From NCBI GenBank assembly GCA_001662655.1, contig KV460206.1: a DNA stretch of 64,000 bases. One strand, written 5' to 3'. The DNA comes from Pseudogymnoascus verrucosus. Taxonomy: Eukaryota. Positions 1 to 11,799 of the stretch are shown here, in pieces. The notes under the pieces were generated by a model. That model was given only the letters and a program-made list of their open reading frames with translations. It did not search any database and was not told the origin of the DNA. Position numbers and translations under genes: made by a program. Each line of letters begins with the position of its first letter. The stretch's first letter is position 1.

Positions 1-525
1 GACTCTCCCATCCTTCCCCACGAAGATGACGCCCGCCTCGAGCGCCTCGCTGCCCTCTGGTCCGCCCCATCATCTGATTTCCCCTCCCCGCCCGCTTCAC
101 ACGGAGGCGCGCCGTCGGGTCCTGCACCCCTGACGCCGGAAGCGCGGCAAGTGCTCTTCGAGGTGCTGTTCTTGCTGCGTCGCATCTTCGTCATCAGCGT
201 GGCGGATAACGGCATCGAGGCGCAGGCCGCGACGCTGTCGTGGTCGATTATCGTGTCTGACGCGTATATCGCGGCGGTGCAGCAGCGTAGCCCTATGGCG
301 CTGGTGCTGCTCGCACATTACTGTATTTTGCTGAAGCGGTCGGGGGAGAGGTGGTGGATTGAGGGGAAGGCGGAGGAGCTGTTGGGGAAGATAAAGCGTA
401 TTTTAGAGGCGAGTGGGGAGGGCTGGATGCAGTGGATTGAGTGGCCCATGAGGGAGGTGGGAGAGGGAAGGGTGAACGGGAGTGTGTCAAGCCAGGCGTC
501 GACGGTGGCTGGGACGCCGATTTAG
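1..525 (+). CDS. 3' end of a fungal Zn2Cys6 transcription factor (Upc2-like C-terminal region), partial
   Basis: Frame 1 is open from base 1 to TAG at 525. The C-terminus ALVLLAHYCILL...WW...W..WIEWPMREV is typical of Upc2-like C6 factors. The DNA-binding domain lies outside the window. Confidence 0.7.
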   Translation, partial: DSPILPHEDDARLERLAALWSAPSSDFPSPPASHGGAPSGPAPLTPEARQVLFEVLFLLRRIFVISVADNGIEAQAATLSWSIIVSDAYIAAVQQRSPMALVLLAHYCILLKRSGERWWIEGKAEELLGKIKRILEASGEGWMQWIEWPMREVGEGRVNGSVSSQASTVAGTPI

Positions 526-837
526 AGGCTGGGGATGTGTGGTAGGTATTGATTTGTTGCTGGTTGCTCGGCAGCTGGCCGCTCGTCTGTTCTTTCGTGT
601 CTTTACTTTTTGGGTATAGGTTGGCGTTTTTATCAAAATATGGCACGGGTTATGGTGCCTTTGCATCTGCATCTGCATATATAGAGAGATAAAATCTCTG
701 AATACGATTGCAGCTTCTAGAACCGCCTTGCAGTATAGCAGCGGGGAATCTAGCTGCTCTACAACCTTCAGCGGCATCTTGCAGTATAACATTGCAATAT
801 TCGGCACGTGCAATCGTAAGAAATGACACATTAAGCA

Positions 838-1600
838 TTATCCGTCATGACAGGCTCCTTCTTGCCACCCTCCATACCCCTGAATGTAACGGCCAAATAT
901 CAGTTCCCCAACTAAGATGCCCCCAAGGACCGCAAAGAGTATCCCTAGGTTCAGGGCCATCACAGCCAACATTCTAAGAGGGAAGATTAGCCAACATCGC
1001 TCTTCAAATATATAGAATGATGGAAACATACAAGATATACCCAATAAAGGCCCTGATAAACTCCATAACAGCTCGTAGCCCATCCTTCTTTACACTCCAG
1101 CGTGCACTCGGTTGCCAGTCGCCAAGTATCCGGCGAAAGGGGGCACACTGACGCTGTGAATTGTGTTCTTTCGGGGTGCACCATTCATCACCAAGCTCTC
1201 CATCCGTCGGAGAGGTCAACGGGTCGCATTCCAAATCATCATCCCGAGCCATGGAGGTAGGGAGAGGGCTTAACTTGGCCTTGAATAACAGACGGCTATT
1301 GCGTACGGTGCGCAGTGGAGGTAACATATTTGTTTGTCGGGCCTGTTCCAGCCAAGCTCGTTCAGTCTGGAATTTCACAGCTCCAAGAAATCGATTTAGG
1401 ACAGCTAGGAGGAAGACGCAAATTATTGTTGCAATATATGAGGATACTGTGGTTGTGGCCCATTCCTTGAAGAAGAGGGTGACGTGGGTGCCAGTAGAGA
1501 AGATGGTCGACATGCTCATTGCTCCCATTTCCATTTTATCAGACATTGCGGGTGGCTTGGGCGAGGCCATCGTATCGTGGTCCATCGATTCTATGTCCAT
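838..1600 (-). CDS. ctr: Ctr-family high-affinity copper transporter (2 exons, intron 974-1031)
   Basis: Met-rich N-terminus (MDHDTM, MSDKMEMGAMSM) and TM1 after LFFKEW. The GTATGT..TAG intron joins GYIL to MLAVM (MxxxM in TM2), followed by GxxxG in TM3 and a CHDG C-terminus. Confidence 0.92.
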
Positions 1601-2101
1601 GTCTATTAGAAACAGGTGTAATAGCGGCCTTTGACGTGAGATATGTCGTCTCTATCGCCAGAGCTTTATTTTGAGGGGAGGTGAACACTATGCTCTGTGA
1701 TATAATGCTTTTGTACCTGACGCCCAGCAATCAGCCCAGACGTGTCTTGTACGCTTGTTGCTAGCCAATACATACTGAGGAGCATGTTTCTCATAACGTG
1801 CTAAAATGTGCTCGAACATTCTCAACCGTATTGTTAGGTATGGTCACAGTGTGATCCCCCCGGGCTGACTGTCTAGGAAACAAATTACTCTGTTACCACC
1901 CCACTGCTTGCATGGAAAACACTGCGAAATTGTCTTGCTCTATATTAAGATGTCCAATTGTGTATTCTTATATGATTGTGTACAAAGCCATCGACGCCTG
2001 CGTCTACCGTCTTATACTTATTCTAGGCACAGTAGCCTTACATACATACAGGAATCCCAGTAGCAAAATGTACACCCACTACCGCTGCATAATAATTTCC
2101 G

Positions 2102-2593
2102 TCATAATCGTCCTATGATTCCTTCACCGATAACCCGCCCTTGGACCTCGACTGACATTGTACGGCCGATAATCCCTTCGCCGCCAGCATGAAGCTCCAG
2201 CTTGCGGCCGACAGAGCTTGAATTCGCCTCATTGTATTGAATAAGCATCTGCTGAAGAATGGGATTATTCTGCTCTCCCTCTCCGGAATCCGAAGGGGTT
2301 CCGTATGCGCTTCCAAGAATGTCAGATCCATCTCAAGGTTTATCAATACAGATGCGATGGTTCAGAAGCACCTACTATATCCGCACCTTCATATCCCCGC
2401 GCCACCATTCTGGCTTAGTCTCGTACATGAGCTGGGTATTTGCTTCCTCCGCTGTGGCAAAATAGTTTGATAGCTGACACCTCCAACTTTGTCCAGAAAT
2501 CAGAGCCATGTCTCCATTTTCTGGTCGCATATGGATAATGGCCACCGCATCTCCAACAGAGGGCGCTGGTGGAAGATGACTATCGCCGCACAT
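2102..2593 (-). CDS. Small 141-aa Cu/Zn-SOD-fold-like protein lacking canonical His ligands (2 exons, intron 2310-2375); not complete in the ORF track
   Basis: ATG at 2593, GTAGGT donor at 2375, CTGAC branch, AAG acceptor at 2310, TGA at 2102. The spliced product contains AVAII...KVRIYAYG...GEGIIGRTMSV...VIGEGIIGRL, resembling the SOD1/CCS strands KAVAVL, FHIHEFG, SIIGRTLVV and CGVIG. Confidence 0.7.
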
Positions 2594-2626
2594 CGCTCAA
2601 TGCAAGTATGAGAGAGTGTTGGTGTC

Positions 2627-2647
2627 TTTTTTTTTTTTTTTTTTTTT
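2627..2647. repeat. poly(dA:dT) tract (~21 bp) upstream of the SOD-fold gene
   Basis: Run of T on the + strand just 5' of the minus-strand ATG at 2593. Confidence 0.85.
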
Positions 2648-2726
2648 GGTTTAAACAGATATATTCGAACGTACTGAAGGGGGTATAGATATAAAAAACG
2701 TTCTCGACTCCTCAGGGCGCGAAAGG

Positions 2727-2903
2727 TTGAGCGGGTTCCGGTGAGCACTTATCGGAGTATAGAACAAAAGAAGATCAGCCCATTGAGTTCTTTCTTAACG
2801 GTCAATGGTAATGCTCAATGTTTGTCTTATTATATGGTTTACTACATATGTTGTATGTTGTGTCTTGGAACTAGTAGCGGAGGTTTGAGCAAGTTTGAGC
2901 GGG
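2727..2903. promoter_or_regulatory. Cluster of GCTCA/TGAGC cores (Mac1/Cuf1 copper-response-element-like) in a divergent promoter
   Basis: TGAGC at 2728, 2742, 2886 and 2896, and ATGCTCA at 2811. The yeast CuRE consensus is TTTGC(T/G)C(A/G). Confidence 0.55.
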
Positions 2904-3113
2904 ATGGGGAACCCATATGACGTTCAGCCATCGGTCGTCTACACATGATCATGATGCTGGCTAATGATGAGAACAAATATGTTCTACCCTCCTTTCCTTC
3001 TCGTGTAAGCTTTTTCAAGCTCGAGTACCTCTGCTTCCGAATTTATTCACTGCATCAGTGCCTTTTGTCTTCACTGCCCTCCCCATTACCAGTCTAGAAA
3101 CACAAAATTCAAG

Positions 3114-3825
3114 ATGAGTTCTACGAAATTCGCCGTTCCCAAGCTCCCCTATGCTTACGATGTAATAAACCCTAATGAACGGGATATGACATTCAGCTAA
3201 AAAAAGTCGGCAGGCACTCGAACCCTACATTTCCGAACAGATCATGACCCTCCATCATTCCAAGCACCACCAGGCCTATGTGACCAACCTCAACACTGCC
3301 TTGGTCTCGCAAGCAGCTGCCTCGGCCACAAATAGCATTGTCCAACAAGTACATCTCCAAGCGGCGATCCGTTTCAACGCCGGGGGCCATATCAACCACA
3401 CACTGTTTTGGGAGAATCTCACTCCGGCCGCTGGGACCGCTGCCAGCCCTTCCGTGGCCGGGGCTCCACGTCTAATTGCTGCCCTCACATCGCAATGGGG
3501 GAGCGTCGATGCCTTCAAGGGAAAGTTTGAGGAAACGTTGCTAGGTCTTCAGGGCAGTGGCTGGGGCTGGTTGGTGCAGGACGTCGAGACCAATCTGCTC
3601 GAAATCATAACTAGCAAAGATCAAGATATTGTGCCAAAGGGCAAGAAGCCGCTGCTTGGAGTGGATATGTGGGAGCATGCGTACTATCTCCAGTACTTAA
3701 ACAACAAGAAGGAATACGTCTCTGGCATTTGGAATGTAATTAACTGGACTGTGGTGGAGAGGCGGCTGGGGAGCGATATTGACACCGTCTTCAGTGTTGT
3801 TGGCACTCTGGCGGCGAATTTATAG
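3114..3825 (+). CDS. sod: Mn-type superoxide dismutase without mitochondrial presequence (intron 3162-3213)
   Basis: MSSTKFAVPKLPYAYD|ALEPYISEQIMTLHHSKHHQAY; NAGGHINHTLFW; QGSGWGWL; DMWEHAYY. All four metal ligands and Mn-type signatures are present. Confidence 0.95.
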
Positions 3826-3971
3826 GCATGCCACCAACAACTATTAGCATCTCCATTTGGCAACCAGCTGGACTTCTTTAAAGAAATTGACTATTATGCG
3901 ATGAGTATTGATTATGCAGTAACGTCGCGCAACTACATACGTAGCCTGTTATCACACCTTATCAGCCCACT

Positions 3972-3985
3972 AAACTTGCTCAAAC
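3972..3985 (+). promoter_or_regulatory. AAACTTGCTCAAAC, exact reverse complement of 2883-2896 (CuRE-like)
   Basis: 14/14 identity with the element in the SOD promoter; lies ~210 bp upstream of ATG 4193. Confidence 0.55.
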
Positions 3986-4192
3986 GTTCTCTAACTCCTT
4001 TCCACCAACTAAAAGCTCACAAAGGCAAGAATTGTCATCATTGATTTACAATATCAGGCAACTCTCTGGTAATTACTCAGTCCCCGTCCTACATTACCTT
4101 TAATAAGGCCAGCCGCAGCGAATGGTGTGGAACCAAAAAAAACTGATGGCTTAACCTCGCCATTCCGCTGTGCAAGCTCCGTAGTCTACATC

Positions 4193-5033
4193 ATGGCTTC
4201 CTCTGCATTTGAAATTAGTACCATCGTCGAGGCAGCACTTATATTTATAAACCTTGTCTTGTTTTTGTATGGATATCCTGACTCATTACGAACAGCCCTG
4301 TGGGAGGAGGGCGGGAGCAAAGGATTCAATTCAGACCCGAAGCTTCGGATATATTACTACGCAAACTATTCGAAACCTCCCACGATCCCTTTTATATGGT
4401 CACAAGCGTGAGTGATGGAGTAGTTCTGCCCTTTAAAAGGGGTTTGTGGTGGGTTTAGAGTCGACGAGTTAGTCTAATAAAATCGCAGATTCACCGACTC
4501 CAACCTTGGTGTTTCAATTCTCACCCTATTGCTTTTCATGACACGGATGAGCCTTAAATATATGGGTGCTACGAACAAGTGCACTGAATTCTTCTTGCAA
4601 TGCTGTCTCATCTTTTTTTGGATCCTGTGTCTTGCTGGTCAACAATCGCCGGACTATTCCGATGGGCAATACCCAAGTCGCCTTCCATGGTATTTGACGC
4701 ACACATGTGGTATAGCGGAGAAAGCGAACCAGACTGCCTGCCGTGTAGCACAAGCTTCGTTCGGATTTAGCATTATCACTATGTAAGGTTTTACACGGAA
4801 CGATACTCTTTATAAGCCTGCTAAGACTATTAAACAGATTATTCTTTGGATCCTCGATCTGCATAACGGCGGCGCGCGAGGTATTTATCTTTCTAGGCAA
4901 ACGCGAACGTGAACGAACGGGGACGAAGACCCTTCCTTTAAAGCGGAATGTCTATAATACACCATATGAGATGGATGAGATGGACCAGCAGTTCAAAGAC
5001 GATTATCCTCTAATGCATGCTGCGAACATTTGA
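4193..5033 (+). CDS. Fungal hypothetical membrane protein, ~4 TM (introns 4408-4488, 4783-4837)
   Basis: Canonical GTGAGT and GTAAGG donors and CAG acceptors give one open frame. Motifs RTALWEEGG..GFNSDP..IYYYANY..P..PFIWSQ and PDYSD...PWYLTHTC lie between hydrophobic segments. Confidence 0.8.
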
Positions 5034-5193
5034 TCGGAAGGTTCTTGTTAGGGTTCATGGTAATATAATCAGAACATTAGAGAGGTAGTGCGAGAAATTA
5101 AAGATATATATTGTCTGGGTTGAATAATCCGATGTCTTGCACAAATATGTAAACCTGTCTAATAATCCTCACTCTCATCTATAGCTACAACTT

Positions 5194-7063
<1,870 letters not shown>

Positions 7064-7149
7064 ACTTGCTCAAGAGAATAACTGAAGAGAGAGAGACAAT
7101 ATCTAATGATACTGACGAGGAGTGGAAATAAGACCTAAACAAAAAGGTA

Positions 7150-7175
7150 ATCCGAACCGGATTTCCGGTTCGGAT
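7150..7175. promoter_or_regulatory. Perfect 12-bp inverted repeat ATCCGAACCGGA-TT-TCCGGTTCGGAT, CCG/CGG-rich
   Basis: Seen directly ~90 bp upstream of the esterase ATG at 7063. CGG triplets are typical Zn2Cys6 half-sites. Confidence 0.55.
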
Positions 7176-8374
7176 CGCTGTTCTCGTGAGAAACGCATCT
7201 GGCAAGGCTGTGGGTTGCACGCAGATCACATCTAGATAAGGTAGGAGGAGTACAGGTCGTGTACCAACGCGCGGATTACTCGTACCTGCCAAGGCCCACT
7301 TCTCAACCGGAGATCTGCGACGGTGGGATGAGCAATTGTCAGCTGTGAGACAAAAATACAATTCCTACGTGGCCGATGAAGCTCGACATGCTTAAAGAAA
7401 CGCCGCTGCCCACACCCTACCTAGAACCCACGCGTTGGAGAACTACGTCGATGTGAGAATGATGCATACAGGATTTTTCTTGTAGATCCAGGTAAATAGG
7501 GCCTGATTTGAAGCTTTGTGTTATTACTCCCCAGAGTTTCCTCTTCCCATCCAAGGTGGGTTAGAGGGACGACCCTCTATACATAGGGCGGGTAGCAATA
7601 TCGGCACGGTCCGAGTTTACTCCATGCTTACGATTGTTACAGCACTCATCACTGGCACAACAGCCACGCCGCCAAAAGCCCGAAGACAAGAGTTTACAGT
7701 ATTTACAATTGAAACAAAAGCTACTAATAACTTGAGGTTATAAGTGCCATATTGGCTATTTGGAAACAAAACCAAAGAGAAATCCTATCAGCTTAAATTG
7801 CTGGTATCATCACTCTTCAGACTTTCTAGCGACATGAGTGCTTCGGAAAACCCCCTGAGTCTGCCATGCGGAGACCATTAGTGTATTTACAGCCTTATGG
7901 AACGCCTCGCTCCTACAGTCAACTTCTTAGTCCCGCAAAATAAGTCTTACGGCCTTACCCAGCCGCTGTGGAAATTACCTTGTCCGTACCCACCACGCTC
8001 CTGGCACCATTCGCCTTTAGTTCCAAGTATCCGCTCCTCCAGCTATGAGGGAACCTATCAGAACAATGCGGATGCTCTAAAACCTTTGGCGCCACTAAAG
8101 CCACATTGCCAGGCACAGCGAATAGCTTCATAACTAACCCCATAGCGCAACCAATGATTCTGGAACCGACACGCCAGATCGGCGGATTCACGCGAGCATA
8201 AGGGGGAATCGGGTAAGCATGGCCGCGTCAAACTCTAAACGAGCATCTATCAAGCGATATATAGGAATTATGTATTCAAAGATGGCTGCATTCTAGCATC
8301 CGGGTTGGCCTTGCTATTTTACCATCACACTCGTTTTTCTCTTTTTTAGTCAGTCTTTACTCTAAGTCGCCTCG

Positions 8375-10043
8375 ATGAAGCTGAGCGATGTTTTGTTCGG
8401 TGCCATTCTGTGCATTTCCGCTCCAGTGAGAGGAGAATGGACTGTCGGCCAAGGAGTCTACACCCCAAGCGGTCTTGTCTTAGGGTCGGCAGCATCTAAG
8501 TTACCCAGCGTTTCCGTCTATCGCGGTATCCCGTACGCTCAGCCGCCCATCGGTGAGCTTCGCTTTGCAGCGCCACTGCCCTTCTCTGGCAACACGCATT
8601 TGCCCTTCTCCGATAGTCCGTCTATTGACGGCACTAAATTCGTGCGTTGCCCCATTGTCTCAAATGTATTGACTGTTGCTCATTATCCTCCACATAGGGT
8701 GCATCCTGTCCCGTATCAAGCTATTTCGCTGGGAAGCCGGTTACGAAAGGGAAGGGCCTAAGTGCCGCGGGGCTGGCGACGCTTGCCCAATTGACTAAAG
8801 GCAATAACGACACCAGTGAAGACTGCCTGACCCTTAATGTGTGGACGAAGCCACAGACTGGAGAGGAGAAGAAAGCCGTGGTGATTTGGGTGCACGGCAA
8901 GGGGTATACGACCGGATCTTCATCTGATCCAGTATATGATGGGCAGTTCATAGTGAACGAGCAGGACATCATTCTTGTGACTTTCAAGTACGTCTCGTTC
9001 ATGCAATTTCAATGGGCATAGCCTAACAGCACCGCAGCTACCGCATGAATATCTTTGGCTTCCCAGGAAGTTACCTCAACACCAGAAATATCGGACTCCT
9101 CGACCAGCGTCTCGCCGTGGAATGGGTCCGCGACAACATTGCCGGTTTTGGCGGTGACCCAGCCCGTATCACCCTCATTGGAGATTCTGCTGGCGCAGGC
9201 TTAGTCGATTTGTACAGCTTCGCGTACGTTGACGACCCCATCATCTCCAGCATGGGCCTCCTATCCGGAACCACCTCACTCAGCGGATGGGATCCCGACT
9301 CGTTGCCAAAAGCCGAAAGGGACTGGAACAGTGTAACCTGCGACATCTGCCGCATGGGGACCGAGACTGATTTCGCCAAGGTCATCGCCTGTATGCGCAA
9401 CAAAACCACCGCCGAGATCACCGCCGCTATTCCAATCACAACCAACCCCTACGGCAGCAAATCTTTCTTCCCAAATAACGACGGCAAGACCGTCTTCTCC
9501 GATTACTACGAGCTCGCCAGGACCGGAAAGTTCATCAAGGTGCCTCTCCTCATCGGCAATACTGATGACGAGACTGCCTACCACCGCATCATGGCCGACG
9601 TCTTCGCTCCATCATATGGATACGGCCAGACAAATTACGACAACGAGCGCCGCAACTACTACACCTGCCCCGCATCTGAACGCGCCAGACACACCGCCGA
9701 CCTCGGCGTCCCCACCTGGCGCTATGGCTACTTTGGTGACTTCAAAGACGCCCGTCTCACGACGGCGGCGCACGGCCGGGCCTACCACGGCTCGGACGTG
9801 CTTCTGATTTTTGGCACGGAGCTGGTGCCGGGCGTGAAGCAGGATGCCGACGAGCTTAAGCTGGCAAAGTACGCGCGTGGTGCGGTGGCGGCGTTTGCAC
9901 GCAACCCCAAAACCGGGCTGAAGACCTACGGATGGCCGCAGTATAACCCGAAGGCGAAGTCGCTGGTTCAGTTGGGGAAGGATAATAAGGTTGGGACGTT
10001 TGCCGTGACTCCTGCGGCGTTCGATACGGGGTGTCTGTATTAG
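8375..10043 (+). CDS. Secreted type-B carboxylesterase (introns 8642-8697, 8988-9037)
   Basis: Signal peptide, GIPYAQPPIGELRF, SEDCLTLNVW, GLLDQRLAVEWVRDNIAGFGGDP, GDSAG, GNTDDE, AYHGSD. Confidence 0.93.
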
Positions 10044-10456
10044 AAGGCTCATTTGGGGCTTTGTACAGTACACCATGATTCTCATCGCACTTGTGCGGAG
10101 GCCTCTGCGATGAGCGGTGTTGTCAAATTAATTTTTGTGGCCCCTTTTCCTAGCTTTTGAGATGCTGTTGAAGTGATAATTATTCCCCTTGTTAATGGAG
10201 GCGACCTACCACATATTCATGTTCGCACCACAACATTTTGGCAGTATATTAGAAAACGACCCCAATGAATTAAATTTGAATAAGTATATTTTGTTCATTT
10301 AAATATTGTGCTATCTGCCCCATGCAGAACGCTTAGCAGCCTCCAAAACCGTAGATTTTGTGAATTGTCGATCCACAAGTCAGAGTGTGCCGTTCTATCA
10401 CCTCGATGTTAGATATCAATGGTTATTGTTAACTTAGCAAACTGAAAGATATACCT

Positions 10457-10804
10457 TCAATTGCACATCGGCAACCCGACATTCTTGCAGCCATTAGCAC
10501 AGCATGATACAAGATCAAAGCCGTTGCCAGCACGGTTGCACATAACCTATAGCACGGGATTAGCACGCTGATAGCTAATCAGTTGGCAGAGGACACATGG
10601 TGGTTGAACCACGTCCTAGTCTAGTATGATTGATAGAGAAACATGTCAAAATACGTACAATTGCTTGCTTGCCACCACAATAGGCTGGGACCTGGGCGCA
10701 GAGATAGAACCCCCAGTGACACTGTATTTGGGTACTGGGGTAGCGGCAGCTTGGATGACGATAGGGCCAAAGGCCAGGCTGAAGAGGCTAAGAGCAAATT
10801 TCAT
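10457..10804 (-). pseudogene. Small secreted 8-Cys peptide gene with an apparent 1-nt frameshift (intron 10547-10658)
   Basis: Signal peptide MKFALSLFSLAFGPIVIQAAATP. Restoring one C in the run at 10737-10740 gives STQIQCHWGFYLCAQVPAYCGGKQAI|VMCNRAGNGFDLVSCCANGCKNVGLPMCN*, with a GTACGT..GCTAAT..TAG intron. Confidence 0.6.
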
Positions 10805-11411
10805 GTTGGTCGATGGAATGTTAGATGTCGGCGATTTCTGCTTTGTAGTTAAGGACGATTTTTTTATTAAAAAAAAGAGACGGACGAGGCCTCCCTTTTA
10901 TGAGCTCTTTCACATCTGTGGAACCCCGCACTATGCTTTTGAGGCAGAGGTTCACGAGTAGGTAAAGGCAGAAATATACAGTCCTGGAGCGGGAACACAG
11001 AAGCGGAATGATAACTGGAAGCGAGGTAACAGTGAGTGCAAGGGACTGTTATGGTGGTGGTGGTGGGCCCAAGAGCAACTATAACGCAAGGAGAATTGGG
11101 CACTTGGGCATCATGTTCGGTCTGACATACGTAAGCTTGTGTAACTTTGACTTAATTCATAGCATAAAGGCACGAAGTTAGAGTCTTGGAATCAAGCCCC
11201 TTGCCTCGTGAACGATGATCTTGGGAATTTTGGGATGGGACGATTGGTACGTACATATAAAATGGAACTTCTTGCCCTCTTCACGTGACCTCCCACCACC
11301 ACTTCCTCGCATTTGTTATGGCTCTCGAGGAAACTATTACAACTATATACAATAAATCCATCCAATCCTCTTGATCGTCACTGAAGCCGATTTCGCCGAC
11401 GAATAGCAACC

Positions 11412-11799
11412 ATGGTTTATACTCTTAGCGTCCACCTCTACTGCAACGAGGACCCCCAGTCTATCCCCCGCCTCAAGGCCAAGCTTGTCGAAGCTGCTCG
11501 GATCTACCGCAAGGATCGTGAGACAATTGATTGGCTTGTTATGCAAGACGTTCATGACCCTCGGGCATTTACCATCGTTGAGCGATTCGAGAACGAGGCC
11601 GTAAGTTTCATTGCTTCCAGGCCATATCTTGGCGTTTTTGACCAGGGCTAATTGAAATATACAGAGCCAGAAATACCACCTTGAAAACCCATACTGGCTC
11701 ACTTTTGACCCCTATGTCATCCCCCTCCTCTCCAAGCCTATGGACCTCCGCCGTCACGAGGAGCTCGATACGAGCAAGGATGTTAAGGTTCCAGTATGA
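11412..11799 (+). CDS. ABM (antibiotic biosynthesis monooxygenase)/dimeric alpha-beta barrel protein (intron 11601-11664)
   Basis: YRKDRETIDWLVMQDVHDPRAFTIVERFE..|SQKYHLENPYW..FDPYVIPLL; GTAAGT donor. Confidence 0.85.

Noticed and set aside
2113..2346. 77-aa minus-strand ORF from the track
   Set aside because: Wrong frame. The SOD-fold-like exon 2 uses a different frame ending at 2102.
7870..8191. Minus-strand intron-like signal (GTAAGG..TAG) with short ORFs between the esterases
   Set aside because: No coherent gene model or recognisable product; possibly a relic.
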